A stretch of 64,000 nt of DNA from Clostridia bacterium (GCA_017502875.1 JAFVUF010000001.1:10191-74190); one strand, 5' to 3'; counted from the first letter of the stretch, positions 1 to 10,055 are shown. Notes: generated from the sequence alone by a model not told the origin. Program-made: numbers and translations.

Positions 1-633
1 GTCGTCGGTTACCGATATCTTATCGGAGATGGCGAGATAAGCCGAGGCTCTGTATATCTCGGTTTCGAATATCTGCGGAGTCTGCACCTGCCATACGTTT
101 GAACGGTCAGGGGTGCTTTTTACAATGCCGTTATCCGAGCAAAGCTTAACTGTGTCGGTAGCCTTGCATGCGGCGGCAGCAGAGCCGTAGGTTACCGCGC
201 CCGAGATGACCTTTTTAATCATCTTGGGAGTTACAAGACAGCGCGCGGCGTCGTGAATGGCGACGTGAGTGCTCCTGTCGGATATTTTCTTAAAGCCGTT
301 TAACGCCGAGTCCGCGCGGCTTTTTCCGCCGACTGTTACGGCTTTAAGCTTTTTTATTCCGAATTTTTTTCCAACTCCGTCATACAGAGGGAGCTCGTCC
401 GCTTTTACGCAAAGGATTATCTCCTTTACCGAGTGGCAACGGTCAAAGGCACGCAGGCTGTGAACAAAAAGCGGCTCGTTTTCCAGAGTCAGCCATTGCT
501 TTGTTACGTCAGCGCCCATTCTTGTGCCACTTCCCGCCGCCAAAACGATGGCGGAAACGAAAACAGGACGTGTTCTTATGCGTTTTAAGGAGGCTATAAG
601 CGCTCCGGCAAGCTTATACTTTAATTTCTTCAC
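1..633 (-). CDS. ispD: 2-C-methyl-D-erythritol 4-phosphate cytidylyltransferase (IspD); 3' end lies outside the window
   Basis: The minus-strand frame is open to the window edge. The translation ...VSAIVLAAGSGTRMGADVTKQWL...VAIHDAARCLV...VQTPQIF... matches the IspD glycine-rich loop and conserved blocks. The only in-frame start upstream is GTG at 633, preceded by GAAAGG. Confidence 0.85.
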   Translation of the reverse strand, partial: MKKLKYKLAGALIASLKRIRTRPVFVSAIVLAAGSGTRMGADVTKQWLTLENEPLFVHSLRAFDRCHSVKEIILCVKADELPLYDGVGKKFGIKKLKAVTVGGKSRADSALNGFKKISDRSTHVAIHDAARCLVTPKMIKKVISGAVTYGSAAAACKATDTVKLCSDNGIVKSTPDRSNVWQVQTPQIFETEIYRASAYLAISDKISVTDD

Positions 634-843
634 TTTTTTGCGCCTTTCGGTTAAAAAATTGAAATTTCATAACGATTATAACACGTTTTTTTTAAAAAAT
701 AAAGAGAAATAACCCGTTTGTAGTAAAAATTTAATATTTGTTCACAGTATGGTTTTAAATATAGGGATATAATGTGATATTATATTTAATAATAAGTATG
801 ATATTGTTGTTTTGGGACAGTTTTTGGAAAAACGAAGGGGTGA

Positions 844-1674
844 ATGGTGCTGATGAAGGGGATAATGGATTTTGTCGAGCTTTGTAAGGTAAGGTTTTCG
901 GCATTTGAGTTTATTGACGTTGTGGATATTATCCTTCTCGGCATCCTGTTTTTCATAACGTACCGCTTTATCCGCCGCCGCCGCGCCCTGCCGATTCTTA
1001 TCGGTGTGGTAGTGTATCTGCTGTTTATGCAGCTTTGCGGAGTGCTTGGAATTAATACTACTTATAACATTCTGAAGTGGCTTTCCGTTCCCGGTACTGT
1101 CGTTTTGTTTATAATATTCCAGTCGGATATCCGTTCAGCGCTTGAAAAAATCGGTGTTTCTATCATCAGTGTGGGCAAGGCTATAAAAAATAAGGTCATT
1201 CCCCGTCCGGGAAGCATGGAGGCTGAGGCGATAGAGAGAGCAGTTATGAGGCTTTCCGCAACAAAGACGGGCGCGCTTATAGTTCTTGAACAGAATACGG
1301 GTATAGAGGATATCGGTCAGGACGGAATAAAGATAGACGCGGTAATATCCCCCGAGCTTATTTGCAATCTCTTTTTCTCGCCCGCGCCGCTTCACGACGG
1401 AGCAATAATTATCCGTAAGAAGCGTATAAGCGCGGCGGGTTGCTTCCTTCCCAACTATTCTGACCCCGCGCTCAATTCCTCGTTTGGTTCCAGACACAGA
1501 GCCGCTATCGGAATGAGCCGAAACAGCGACGCTGGAGTTATCGTTATAAGCGAAGAGGACGGAAGAATATCGTATGCGTACGGCGGAGAGCTGTCCAGAG
1601 GTATTGACGAGCAGACCTTGAGGAGTGTTCTCGAGGAGTATTACGGAGTAGCGAAGAAGAAAAAGTCGAAGTAA
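844..1674 (+). CDS. cdaA: Diadenylate cyclase CdaA (membrane-anchored DisA_N/DAC domain)
   Basis: Three N-terminal TM helices followed by a DAC domain with the DGA (HDGAIII) and RHR (GSRHRAAIG) motifs. RBS AAGGGG lies 4 nt before the ATG. Confidence 0.9.
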   Translation: MVLMKGIMDFVELCKVRFSAFEFIDVVDIILLGILFFITYRFIRRRRALPILIGVVVYLLFMQLCGVLGINTTYNILKWLSVPGTVVLFIIFQSDIRSALEKIGVSIISVGKAIKNKVIPRPGSMEAEAIERAVMRLSATKTGALIVLEQNTGIEDIGQDGIKIDAVISPELICNLFFSPAPLHDGAIIIRKKRISAAGCFLPNYSDPALNSSFGSRHRAAIGMSRNSDAGVIVISEEDGRISYAYGGELSRGIDEQTLRSVLEEYYGVAKKKKSK

Positions 1675-1722
1675 CAGTGTAAAAATCACTCGTGAAGGTC
1701 TACTTGATGAAAGGGAACTGTA

Positions 1723-1878
1723 ATGAATAATTTTCAGGAAAAAAAGTTAAAGCATAAATCCTTTCTTATGCGTTCACAGGAGAGGTCGGATTATAAGATA
1801 GAGCCAGCAAAGGCGCTCGACGTGCTTGCCGCGGTAATCAGCGTGGCGGCGGCGGTGCTTGCGTGGCTTTATATCTGA
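1723..1878 (+). CDS. Small (51 aa) tail-anchored membrane protein, hypothetical
   Basis: Not in the ORF track (under 60 aa). ATG is preceded by AAGGGA. Translation: MNNFQEKKLKHKSFLMRSQERSDYKIEPAKALDVLAAVISVAAAVLAWLYI, a basic N-terminus with one C-terminal TM helix. It fills the gap after cdaA. Confidence 0.35.
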   Translation: MNNFQEKKLKHKSFLMRSQERSDYKIEPAKALDVLAAVISVAAAVLAWLYI

Positions 1879-1898
1879 GCCTATGTTGGTGATTTTTC

Positions 1899-3533
1899 GT
1901 GGTTTGGTTATTAATTAAGGACATTCGGTTGCCGATATCGGAGAGATCTGCGTCGGCAACCGACTTTGCACTAAAAAAGGCTTTTAGCCTTTTCGGACGT
2001 AAAAACGTGGGCGAGGCCCATATATACAAGAAGTCCGTGGACGCGCGCAGACGGGGAAGCATAACTGTTGTATACAGTGTCGCTCTCTCAGTTACGGATA
2101 TGCCGAGCAAGGAGCTTCTTGAAAAGCACGGAATGTCGGTAATTGCCGACACCGAGCTTCAGACGGTAACGGGAAGCAAGAGGCTTGACGGTCGTCCCGT
2201 TGTGGTCGGAAACGGTCCGTGCGGTATGTTTTGCGCGCTTCTTCTTGCTGAAAACGGCTACCGCCCGATAGTTATAGAGCGTGGTGAGAGCGTGGAAAAG
2301 CGAGCAGAAACAGTCGATAGGTTTTATAAGACCGCAAGGCTTGATACCGACAGTAATATTCAGTACGGCGCGGGCGGCGCGGGAACCTTTTCGGACGGCA
2401 AGCTCGTAACCCGTATCAGCGACAGCCGTTGCAGATACGTTTTGAAGCGCTTTGCGGAATTTGGCGCGCCTGCCGAGATAATGACTCTTGCAAAGCCGCA
2501 TATAGGCACAGATATGCTTATTAGTGTGGTATCCGCGCTCAATAAGCGCATAATAGAGGCGGGCGGCGAGATAAGATACAGAACCGCGATGACCGGGCTT
2601 GTGCGTTCCTCTGACGGAACGGTAAAGGCGGTAAGGACGAGTAACGGTGATATTCCTTGCGGAGCTGTAGTGCTTGCTACGGGTAACAGCGCAAGGGACG
2701 TTTATACCTACATCCGTGAGTCAGAGCTCGCTATCGTGGAAAAGCCGCTTAGCGTAGGCGTAAGGATAGAGCATCTGCGTTCTGATGTGGAAAACGCTCT
2801 TTTTGGGCGTGAGATGATGAAAAAAGCTGAAAATGACTCTTATCTCAGGAGCTTGCTCGGACACGCCGAGTACGCCTATTCGTATAGAGAAAACGGCAGA
2901 GCCGTATATACCTTCTGTATGTGTCCGGGCGGCGAGGTCGTCGCAGGCGCAAGCGAGGAGGGCGGAGTCGTGGTAAACGGCATGAGCCGTTACGCAAGAG
3001 ACGGAAGAAACTCTAACTGCGCCGTATGCGTTTCGGTAGACCCGAAGGACGTAAGCGCGGTAGGTGGAACGATGGAATTTTGCCGTATGCTTGAGCGCAA
3101 GGCGTTCATTCTCGGCGGAGGCGGATACAGAGCGCCTATACAGACTGTCGGAGATTTTCTTGATTTCAGGGGCAGATATACAGAGCCGAGCAGGGTGCAG
3201 CCCACATATATGGGCGGCAGCGGAAACGTTAAGGTGGCAAGGCTTGATACAATGTTTCCAAGCTTTGTTTCCGATATGCTCAAAAAGGGCATAAGACGGT
3301 TTTCGGGTAACATGAAGGGCTTTGACAGTCCCAGCGCCGTTCTTACAGGCGCGGAGACCAGAACCAGCTCTCCTTACAGAATATTGAGGCTTGACAGCGG
3401 CGTATCTCCCGACTCTCCCAATCTCTACCCAAGCGGAGAGGGCGCGGGCTACGCAGGTGGAATAACAAGCTCCGCGGTTGACGGAATAGCCACGGCGCAG
3501 AGGATAATGAGCGAGTATAAGCCTTTATCCTGA
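1899..3533 (+). CDS. FAD-dependent protein (COG2509-type NAD(P)/FAD-dependent oxidoreductase)
   Basis: Dinucleotide-binding motif VVVGNGPCGMFCALLLAENG and the GAGGAGTFSDGKL block are typical of the COG2509 family. GTG start; the exact start is uncertain. Confidence 0.75.
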   Translation: MVWLLIKDIRLPISERSASATDFALKKAFSLFGRKNVGEAHIYKKSVDARRRGSITVVYSVALSVTDMPSKELLEKHGMSVIADTELQTVTGSKRLDGRPVVVGNGPCGMFCALLLAENGYRPIVIERGESVEKRAETVDRFYKTARLDTDSNIQYGAGGAGTFSDGKLVTRISDSRCRYVLKRFAEFGAPAEIMTLAKPHIGTDMLISVVSALNKRIIEAGGEIRYRTAMTGLVRSSDGTVKAVRTSNGDIPCGAVVLATGNSARDVYTYIRESELAIVEKPLSVGVRIEHLRSDVENALFGREMMKKAENDSYLRSLLGHAEYAYSYRENGRAVYTFCMCPGGEVVAGASEEGGVVVNGMSRYARDGRNSNCAVCVSVDPKDVSAVGGTMEFCRMLERKAFILGGGGYRAPIQTVGDFLDFRGRYTEPSRVQPTYMGGSGNVKVARLDTMFPSFVSDMLKKGIRRFSGNMKGFDSPSAVLTGAETRTSSPYRILRLDSGVSPDSPNLYPSGEGAGYAGGITSSAVDGIATAQRIMSEYKPLS

Positions 3534-3565
3534 GGATTTATCAAAGAAAGCAAGGGTGTCAGATT

Positions 3566-3994
3566 TTGAAGCATAACGCCATAGTTATAAAAACAGACGG
3601 AGATAAAGCGACGGTTACCGTTCTTCGCGAGGAGGCGTGCAGTCATTGCGCGGGCAGAGTGGTATGCGGTACAGCTAAGAAATTCGACGTTACGGTGAAA
3701 AATCCCGTTTCGGCGGCTGTGGGGGACACAGTCGTTATCGAAAGCGCTTCGGAGAGCGTGCTTGCGTATTCGGCGCTGGTATTTTTAGCGCCCGTGGCGC
3801 TTGCTCTTGTCTTTTATCTTATTTTTTCGAGGGTAAATACCGTTTTGTCGGTTGTTATGGCTGTCTTAGGGTTTGTTCTGCCCTTTATCGCCGCCTTTAT
3901 TATCGACAAAAGGGGGAGGGAAAAGCGTCTGCCCGTGATAACGGAGATACTTGATTCCTCAAATGAAGCTCCGCCGTGTGATAGCGGAGTGTGA
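3566..3994 (+). CDS. RseC/SoxR-reducing-system family membrane protein
   Basis: N-terminal beta domain with a CxxC (ACSHCAG...VCG) followed by two TM helices, which is the RseC/MucC family architecture. TTG start with AAGGGTG upstream. Confidence 0.6.
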   Translation: MKHNAIVIKTDGDKATVTVLREEACSHCAGRVVCGTAKKFDVTVKNPVSAAVGDTVVIESASESVLAYSALVFLAPVALALVFYLIFSRVNTVLSVVMAVLGFVLPFIAAFIIDKRGREKRLPVITEILDSSNEAPPCDSGV

Positions 3995-4028
3995 AGCGGT
4001 TATTAAATTCAAAGGATATATAAAAATA

Positions 4029-6212
4029 ATGCCAAAATCAAAAGTATGGATACTCAAAGGGAGGTCCGGTGAAACAGACTTAAATGCGGCTCGGATTGCC
4101 GATAGCGTAGGGCTGACGGCAACGGCGGCAAGGATACTTGCCGTGAGGGGATACAACACCCCCGAAAAAGCAAGAGTGTTTTTGAGCAAGGAGAACACTC
4201 TTATGTACGACCCGTATCTTTTAAAGGATATGGACAAGGCGGTTAAGAGAATTCTCGCGGCTCACGGAAGCGGAGAGCATATTACTGTGTACGGTGATTA
4301 TGACGTCGACGGAGTTTCGGCGGTCAGCGTGCTTTATCTCTATCTCAAAAGCATAGGGTCAAAGGTAGATTACTATATTCCGAACAGAGCCTCGGAGGGC
4401 TACGGTCTGAATAAAAACGCCCTTGATGACTTAAAGGCTAAGGGAAGCTCGCTTATTATCACCGTCGATACGGGTATAACCGCTATCGAGGAGACCGAGT
4501 ACATGAAGAGCATAGGACTCTCGTTAGTCGTAACCGACCATCATGGGTGCCATGAGACGCTTCCCGACGCGTGCGCGGTAGTCAATCCCAAGCGCCCCGA
4601 TGACGAATATCCGTTTAAGGAGCTTGCGGGAGTAGGAGTGGTTTTCAAGCTTGTTACCGCGCTTGAATTCGCAATACAGGAAAAAGCGATCTACGGCGGA
4701 GATAGCGGTCTTACAAATGAGGAGCGCTACGCGAGAATGCTTGACGGCGGAAAAAGCGACTTTCTTGAGAAGGTCTGCCGTGAATACATAGACCTTGTAA
4801 CGCTCGGCACTGTTTCCGACGTTATGACATTGACAGACGAAAACAGACTTATCTGCTCTTACGGGCTTTCTCTTATGGAAAGCTCTCCAAGGCTTGGTCT
4901 GCTTGCCCTGATGGATTACGCCGACGGGCTTAAAAATAAAAAATATCAAAAGAAGCGCAAGGTTACCGCTTCTTATATCGGCTTTACAGTAGCTCCGAGA
5001 ATAAACGCCGCGGGCAGAATAGCGGACGCATCTCTCGGCGTTGAGCTTTTCATAACCGAATCAAGAGAAAAGGCGGACGAAATAGCCGCTCAGCTTTGCG
5101 AGCTTAATACGCAGAGGCAGATGGAGGAAAACCGAATAGCGCTTGAAGCTATGGAGATGGCTGAGAGGACGCACGATTTCGCAAATGACCCTGTGCTTGT
5201 GCTTGCGAGTGAAAGCTGGCACCACGGAGTTATCGGAATAGTTTCGTCGAGGCTTACCGAAAAATACAACACGCCCAGCATACTTATTTCCGTCGAGGAC
5301 GGAATAGGAAAGGGCTCTGGAAGAAGCATAAAGGGGCTTAATATTTCCGACGCGCTTGCGCATTGCAAAGAGCTTCTTATCCGTTACGGCGGGCACGAGC
5401 TTGCCGCGGGACTTACCGTAAGCTGCGAAAACATAGATGCTTTCAGGCGTATGATTAACGACTACGCAAGAAGCGCGATGGGCTCGGAGGGCGCGGAGAT
5501 AACTCTTGATGTCGACTGCGAGGTCGAAAAAGAGGACGTTACGCTCAGGCTTGCCGAGGAGCTTTCATATATCGAGCCGTGCGGAGTCGGTAATCCTCAG
5601 CCACTTCTGCTTCTGAGAGGCGCAAGGGTGAGTACGGCTGACTCAATAGGCGAGGGAAAGCACACCAAGCTAACCCTTGACGGCAAGACCGCGCTTATGT
5701 TCGGAGTATCGCTAACTGAGGCGGATATAGCCGTAGGCGATACGGTGGACGTTGTGTTTAAGCTTGACATAAACGATTTCAGGGGAACGAGAAGCGAGCA
5801 GCTTCTGGTTTGCGACGCCAAGCTTTCCTACGCTGACAGCGATGAGGCGGGAGAGCTTAAAAGACTGAGCGATATTGAAGGCGGAGAGGAGTTTTCCGAA
5901 GCGGATATACTTCCTGACAGAGATGATTTCGCGGTAATATACAAGGAGATAAGAAGCTACGGCGAGACGGGCAGAGAGATTTCTCTTTACAGACTGAGAG
6001 AGTCGCTTGGTGCTAATATTGGCTACGCAAAGCTTAAGCTTGCGCTTGAGATACTGTCGGACGTCGGGCTTATATTCCTTGAAAAGCTTCCGACACTTAC
6101 TCTTTCGGGAAGCGAGCTATACAGAATAGGCGCTTCGAAAACAGCGGAAAAGGTAAATCTTTTCGGCGCTCCGAGATATAAGAGCGTAAAGAGCAGATTT
6201 GTGAGAAATTAA
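4029..6212 (+). CDS. recJ: Single-stranded-DNA-specific exonuclease RecJ
   Basis: DHH motifs (GDYDVDGVS, ITVDTGI, VVTDHH) and the DHHA1 GGHELAAG motif. The start is set at internal ATG 4029 (MPKSKVWILK...), which matches RecJ N-termini and avoids a 44-nt overlap with the upstream gene. Confidence 0.9.
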   Translation: MPKSKVWILKGRSGETDLNAARIADSVGLTATAARILAVRGYNTPEKARVFLSKENTLMYDPYLLKDMDKAVKRILAAHGSGEHITVYGDYDVDGVSAVSVLYLYLKSIGSKVDYYIPNRASEGYGLNKNALDDLKAKGSSLIITVDTGITAIEETEYMKSIGLSLVVTDHHGCHETLPDACAVVNPKRPDDEYPFKELAGVGVVFKLVTALEFAIQEKAIYGGDSGLTNEERYARMLDGGKSDFLEKVCREYIDLVTLGTVSDVMTLTDENRLICSYGLSLMESSPRLGLLALMDYADGLKNKKYQKKRKVTASYIGFTVAPRINAAGRIADASLGVELFITESREKADEIAAQLCELNTQRQMEENRIALEAMEMAERTHDFANDPVLVLASESWHHGVIGIVSSRLTEKYNTPSILISVEDGIGKGSGRSIKGLNISDALAHCKELLIRYGGHELAAGLTVSCENIDAFRRMINDYARSAMGSEGAEITLDVDCEVEKEDVTLRLAEELSYIEPCGVGNPQPLLLLRGARVSTADSIGEGKHTKLTLDGKTALMFGVSLTEADIAVGDTVDVVFKLDINDFRGTRSEQLLVCDAKLSYADSDEAGELKRLSDIEGGEEFSEADILPDRDDFAVIYKEIRSYGETGREISLYRLRESLGANIGYAKLKLALEILSDVGLIFLEKLPTLTLSGSELYRIGASKTAEKVNLFGAPRYKSVKSRFVRN

Positions 6213-6223
6213 AGGTAAACATT

Positions 6224-6685
6224 ATGATTTGCGTTATACAGAGAGTGAAAAGCGCCGGTGTTTCGGTAGAGGGACGCGTGGTTGGCTCTTGCGAAAGGGG
6301 ACTTCTTTTGCTTGTCTGCGCCAAAAAGGGCGACACAGAGGAAATAGCCGCTAAAATGGCGGAAAAGGTTCTTAAAATGCGTATATTCGAGGACTCGGAC
6401 GGCAAAATGAATTTTTCTGTTACCGATGTTTGCGGTCAGGCGCTTGTTGTGTCGAATTTTACTCTCGCGGCAAGTTGCCGACGCGGTACAAGGCCTGACT
6501 TCTTTGCGGCAGAGAGACCGCCGCTTGCAAACGAGCTTTACGAAAGCTTCGTTAGCGGAATAAGGAACGGCGGAATACCGACAGAGACGGGAAGATTCGG
6601 TGAGGATATGACTATTGATTGCAGCCTTGACGGTCCCGTTACCATAATTCTGGATTCCGATAAGGATATGGCTCAGTGTGTATAA
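6224..6685 (+). CDS. dtd: D-aminoacyl-tRNA deacylase
   Basis: MICVIQRVKSAGVSV...LVVSNFTL...GPVTIILD matches the Dtd family along its full length (about 150 aa). Confidence 0.9.
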   Translation: MICVIQRVKSAGVSVEGRVVGSCERGLLLLVCAKKGDTEEIAAKMAEKVLKMRIFEDSDGKMNFSVTDVCGQALVVSNFTLAASCRRGTRPDFFAAERPPLANELYESFVSGIRNGGIPTETGRFGEDMTIDCSLDGPVTIILDSDKDMAQCV

Positions 6686-6723
6686 GATTTTAACTGCGAA
6701 TTGCAGGTGAATGGAGAATTTTT

Positions 6724-8205
6724 ATGAAGCTGTTTATTGAGGGAGAGCTAAACTCATATTACGCGCAGACTCTTTGTATGCTGTTCTTTCCCGGAGCTAA
6801 ATTCTCCGAGGAGGAGCTTACCGACTCGTCTGACGCGGTTAGTATAAAAATGGTTACAGACGAGCGCGGAGTTACGGCTTACGTCGAGATGACCAGCGGC
6901 GGAAGGACCGTAAATAAAGAACGGTTTGAGCCGTACAGAGAGGGAATAACTAAGGTAAGGACGGCTAAGATAGCAAGCGGTATAGCGGTGCTTTCAGCGG
7001 GCGAGGAGCTTTTTGACTGTACTCCCTCTTGGGGCATAATGACAGGCGTGCGTCCTGCCAAGATGGCGGCGCCGATGGTTGAGGCGGGTATGTCCACAGC
7101 CGAAATAAGAGAAGCGCTTTCAAGGGATTATTTTCTGAATCCTAAGAAGGCGGCGCTACTTACGGATATAGCCGAGAGGGAAGCGGTAATAATCAGAAGC
7201 ACGCCTAAAAAGAGCTGCTCGGTGTATATTTCTATACCGTTTTGTCCGAGCAGGTGCGCTTATTGCTCCTTTATTTCATATTCCACCAAGCGTCTGCTTT
7301 CAATGGTGGACGATTACATTGTAAGGCTTTACGATGATATAGACAGGGTGTTTGAGAGCATAAGCAACGTAGGATTAAAGGTAACAACTGTGTACGTCGG
7401 CGGCGGAACGCCAACCGTTCTTACCGAGGAGCAGATGAAAACGCTTCTTGCCAGGATTACCTCTCACGTTGATCCCGATACGCTTGCCGAGTTTACGTAC
7501 GAGGCGGGCAGACCTGATACCGTTACCGCTGAGAAGCTGGCTATCATAAAAGCGTTTGGAGTTACGAGGGTAAGCGTAAACCCGCAAACCCTGAACGATA
7601 TGGTGCTTGAAAGCATAGGAAGACGTCATACAACGGCTGATTTTTACAGAGCTTATGAATTGGCTAGGAAAAGCGGCATAAAATATATAAACACCGACTT
7701 GATAGCCGGACTTCCGGGAGAAAGCTTTGCGAGCTTTTCACGCTCGGTTGACGAGATAATCAAGCTACGTCCGGATAACGTTACCTTTCATACCTTCTGC
7801 GTAAAGAAGGCGGCGGATATACTTCATACCGGAAGTCAGGTTTATTCAAGGACCGGCGGCGATACGGGAAAGAGCGTGGATTATTCTCAGGTAGCGGCAG
7901 GACTTTCGGGATACGTTCCTTATTATATTTACCGCCAGAAAAACACTGTGGGTAACTTTGAGAACGTAGGCTACGCGCTTGAAGGCGCGGAGGGACTTTA
8001 TAACATCTATATGATGGAGGAGGTCCATTCTGTTTTTGCCGCGGGAGCGGGTGCGGTTACAAAGCTCGTCGCCGCTGACCGTTCATGTATTAGGCGTGTT
8101 GCTATGCCTAAATATCCTTATGAATATTTAAATGATGAGTTTTATAACAGAGTGTCTGCCGAGAGGGACGCTCTTATCAAGGAGTTTGCCAATGGGCTCC
8201 TTTGA
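6724..8205 (+). CDS. hemZ: Radical SAM coproporphyrinogen-dehydrogenase-like protein (HemZ/HemN family)
   Basis: CxxxCxxC radical SAM motif (CPSRCAYCSF). The roughly 490-aa length with a long N-terminal extension is typical of clostridial HemZ. Confidence 0.7.
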   Translation: MKLFIEGELNSYYAQTLCMLFFPGAKFSEEELTDSSDAVSIKMVTDERGVTAYVEMTSGGRTVNKERFEPYREGITKVRTAKIASGIAVLSAGEELFDCTPSWGIMTGVRPAKMAAPMVEAGMSTAEIREALSRDYFLNPKKAALLTDIAEREAVIIRSTPKKSCSVYISIPFCPSRCAYCSFISYSTKRLLSMVDDYIVRLYDDIDRVFESISNVGLKVTTVYVGGGTPTVLTEEQMKTLLARITSHVDPDTLAEFTYEAGRPDTVTAEKLAIIKAFGVTRVSVNPQTLNDMVLESIGRRHTTADFYRAYELARKSGIKYINTDLIAGLPGESFASFSRSVDEIIKLRPDNVTFHTFCVKKAADILHTGSQVYSRTGGDTGKSVDYSQVAAGLSGYVPYYIYRQKNTVGNFENVGYALEGAEGLYNIYMMEEVHSVFAAGAGAVTKLVAADRSCIRRVAMPKYPYEYLNDEFYNRVSAERDALIKEFANGLL

Positions 8206-8237
8206 TAAAAGAAGTTATCGGAGAAAGGACTGAGGCT

Positions 8238-9137
8238 ATGATTGCGAGAACAAGATTCAAGAGCGAAGAGGATAAAAAAAGCTACGTCTACGCGTGCGAT
8301 AAGGATTTTGAGGACAGACTTGATCATATGATGAAGGATATCTGCGATATTAAGAATATCGATTTTCTGACGCTGTCCGGCCCGACCTGCTCCGGTAAGA
8401 CCACGGCGTCCAAAAAGCTTATCTCTGAGTTCTCTGAGAGAGGCAAAACGGTGAAAATTATCTCGCTTGACGACTTTTTCAGAGACCGCGCGGTGCTTGA
8501 AAAGGAGTGCGGCGGAGGAAGACTTGACTTTGATTCCGAAAAGGCCCTCGATATTCCTGAGCTTGAAAGATTTATGAGCGATATTCAGACCAAGGGGGAG
8601 GCCAGACTCCCTAAATTCGATTTCGAGCTTGCAAGACGCACCCATTTTGAAGACTTTTCAATGAAGGACGCGGATATCGTGGTTTTTGAGGGCATACAGG
8701 CGATATACCCAGTTTTTACGTCGCTTTTCGATAAGACGGCAAAGAGAAAAAGTCTTTATATAAGCGTACTTACCGATCTTGAGCTGGGCGGGAAAGCCAT
8801 ACCGCCGAGAGAGATACGTCTGTGGAGACGTATAGTGAGAGATTTCCGCTTTCGCGCGGCAGACCCGGAGTTTTCGTTTCGGCTTTGGGAGGGTGTTGTG
8901 CATAACGAGGACATAAATATCCTTCCGTTCGCAAACGATTCCGATTTTAGAATAGATTCTCTCCAGGGCTACGAGCCCTGTATGCTTAAAAACGAGCTTA
9001 TCAAGCTTCTTAAAATGATAGAGCCGGACTCTAAATACTACCAAAAGAGCCTGCAAATAATGCAGACTCTTGGGGGAATTGATGAGATAAGCGAGGATTA
9101 TATCCCCGAAAATTCTCTCTATCACGAGTTTTTATAA
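8238..9137 (+). CDS. Uridine kinase/phosphoribulokinase-family P-loop nucleoside kinase-like protein
   Basis: Walker A LSGPTCSGKTT, an LDDFF motif and an RRIVRDFRFR block resemble the Udk/PRK family. The start is set at ATG 8238 (GAGG upstream) rather than the TTG at 8202. Confidence 0.6.
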   Translation: MIARTRFKSEEDKKSYVYACDKDFEDRLDHMMKDICDIKNIDFLTLSGPTCSGKTTASKKLISEFSERGKTVKIISLDDFFRDRAVLEKECGGGRLDFDSEKALDIPELERFMSDIQTKGEARLPKFDFELARRTHFEDFSMKDADIVVFEGIQAIYPVFTSLFDKTAKRKSLYISVLTDLELGGKAIPPREIRLWRRIVRDFRFRAADPEFSFRLWEGVVHNEDINILPFANDSDFRIDSLQGYEPCMLKNELIKLLKMIEPDSKYYQKSLQIMQTLGGIDEISEDYIPENSLYHEFL

Positions 9138-9407
9138 GCTCTATATTAACGTCTTGCTTCGCCCGTTTTTGTTTTTGTATACGTCATTTGTCTTGTACTT
9201 CCTTTGAGGCGTAAGCGAGGCGGACAATTTGGTCGGCGCTCTTAATATTGTATGCGCTTTTCGGCGCCAAAGCTACCGAGCGTTACCCCTTACAGTGTAA
9301 CCCGTAACCCGTTTTTTTACCAAAAATGGTTATTTTAGCTCGTTACTGAGAGCTTTTCGCAAATAGCTTGCCAATAAAGAAAATTTCAAAAAAGGAAAGA
9401 TACTACG

Positions 9408-10055
9408 ATGATAAAAATATCACCATCGCTGCTCGCGGCTGATTTTTCAAGGCTTGAAAGCGAGATAAAAAGAGTAGAGGACGGCGGAGCCGATTGGCTT
9501 CATCTTGACGTAATGGACGGAGCGTTTGTTCCGAATATCTCATTTGGTCCGTGTGTTATATCCTCGCTTCGTAAGCATAGCGGTATGTTCTTTGACGTAC
9601 ATTTGATGATAAACGAGCCGATAAGATATATTGAGGACTATAAAAAAGCGGGCGCCGATGCCATAACCGTACATATTGAGGCGTGCTCTGACGTTGCCGA
9701 AACGCTAAAAAAAATACGCGCTCTCGGATTAAAAAGCGGGCTTTCCATCAAACCCGCAACGCCTGTTAGCGCGATTACGCCGTATCTTGAGCTGTGCGAT
9801 ATTGTGCTTGTAATGACCGTTGAGCCGGGCTTTGGCGGTCAGAAGCTTATTCCTGAAACCGTTGACAAGGTGAGACAGGTCAGCGAGCTGTGCAGGGCTA
9901 AGGGGCTTGACGTCGAAATAGAAGCGGACGGGGGAATTACCCCTGAAAACGTTTCATCGCTTATCGCTAACGGACTTAATGTGGCGGTAGCGGGGTCGGC
10001 TGTGTTTAAGGCGGAGGAGCCGTCAAAGGCAATAGAGCTGCTTAAAGGCGAATAA
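9408..10055 (+). CDS. rpe: Ribulose-phosphate 3-epimerase
   Basis: SPSLLAADFSRLESEI...HLDVMDGAFVPNISFG...MTVEPGFGGQ are canonical Rpe motifs. Confidence 0.92.
   Translation: MIKISPSLLAADFSRLESEIKRVEDGGADWLHLDVMDGAFVPNISFGPCVISSLRKHSGMFFDVHLMINEPIRYIEDYKKAGADAITVHIEACSDVAETLKKIRALGLKSGLSIKPATPVSAITPYLELCDIVLVMTVEPGFGGQKLIPETVDKVRQVSELCRAKGLDVEIEADGGITPENVSSLIANGLNVAVAGSAVFKAEEPSKAIELLKGE

Noticed and set aside
1135-1689. 184-aa minus-strand ORF overlapping cdaA
   Set aside because: It is antisense to a CDS with clear DAC-domain motifs. It has no start context or recognisable features.
3951-4028. N-terminal extension of recJ (TTG at 3951) overlapping the RseC-like gene by 44 nt
   Set aside because: The RecJ-like sequence only begins at MPKSKVWILK (ATG 4029), and the extension has no homology-like features.
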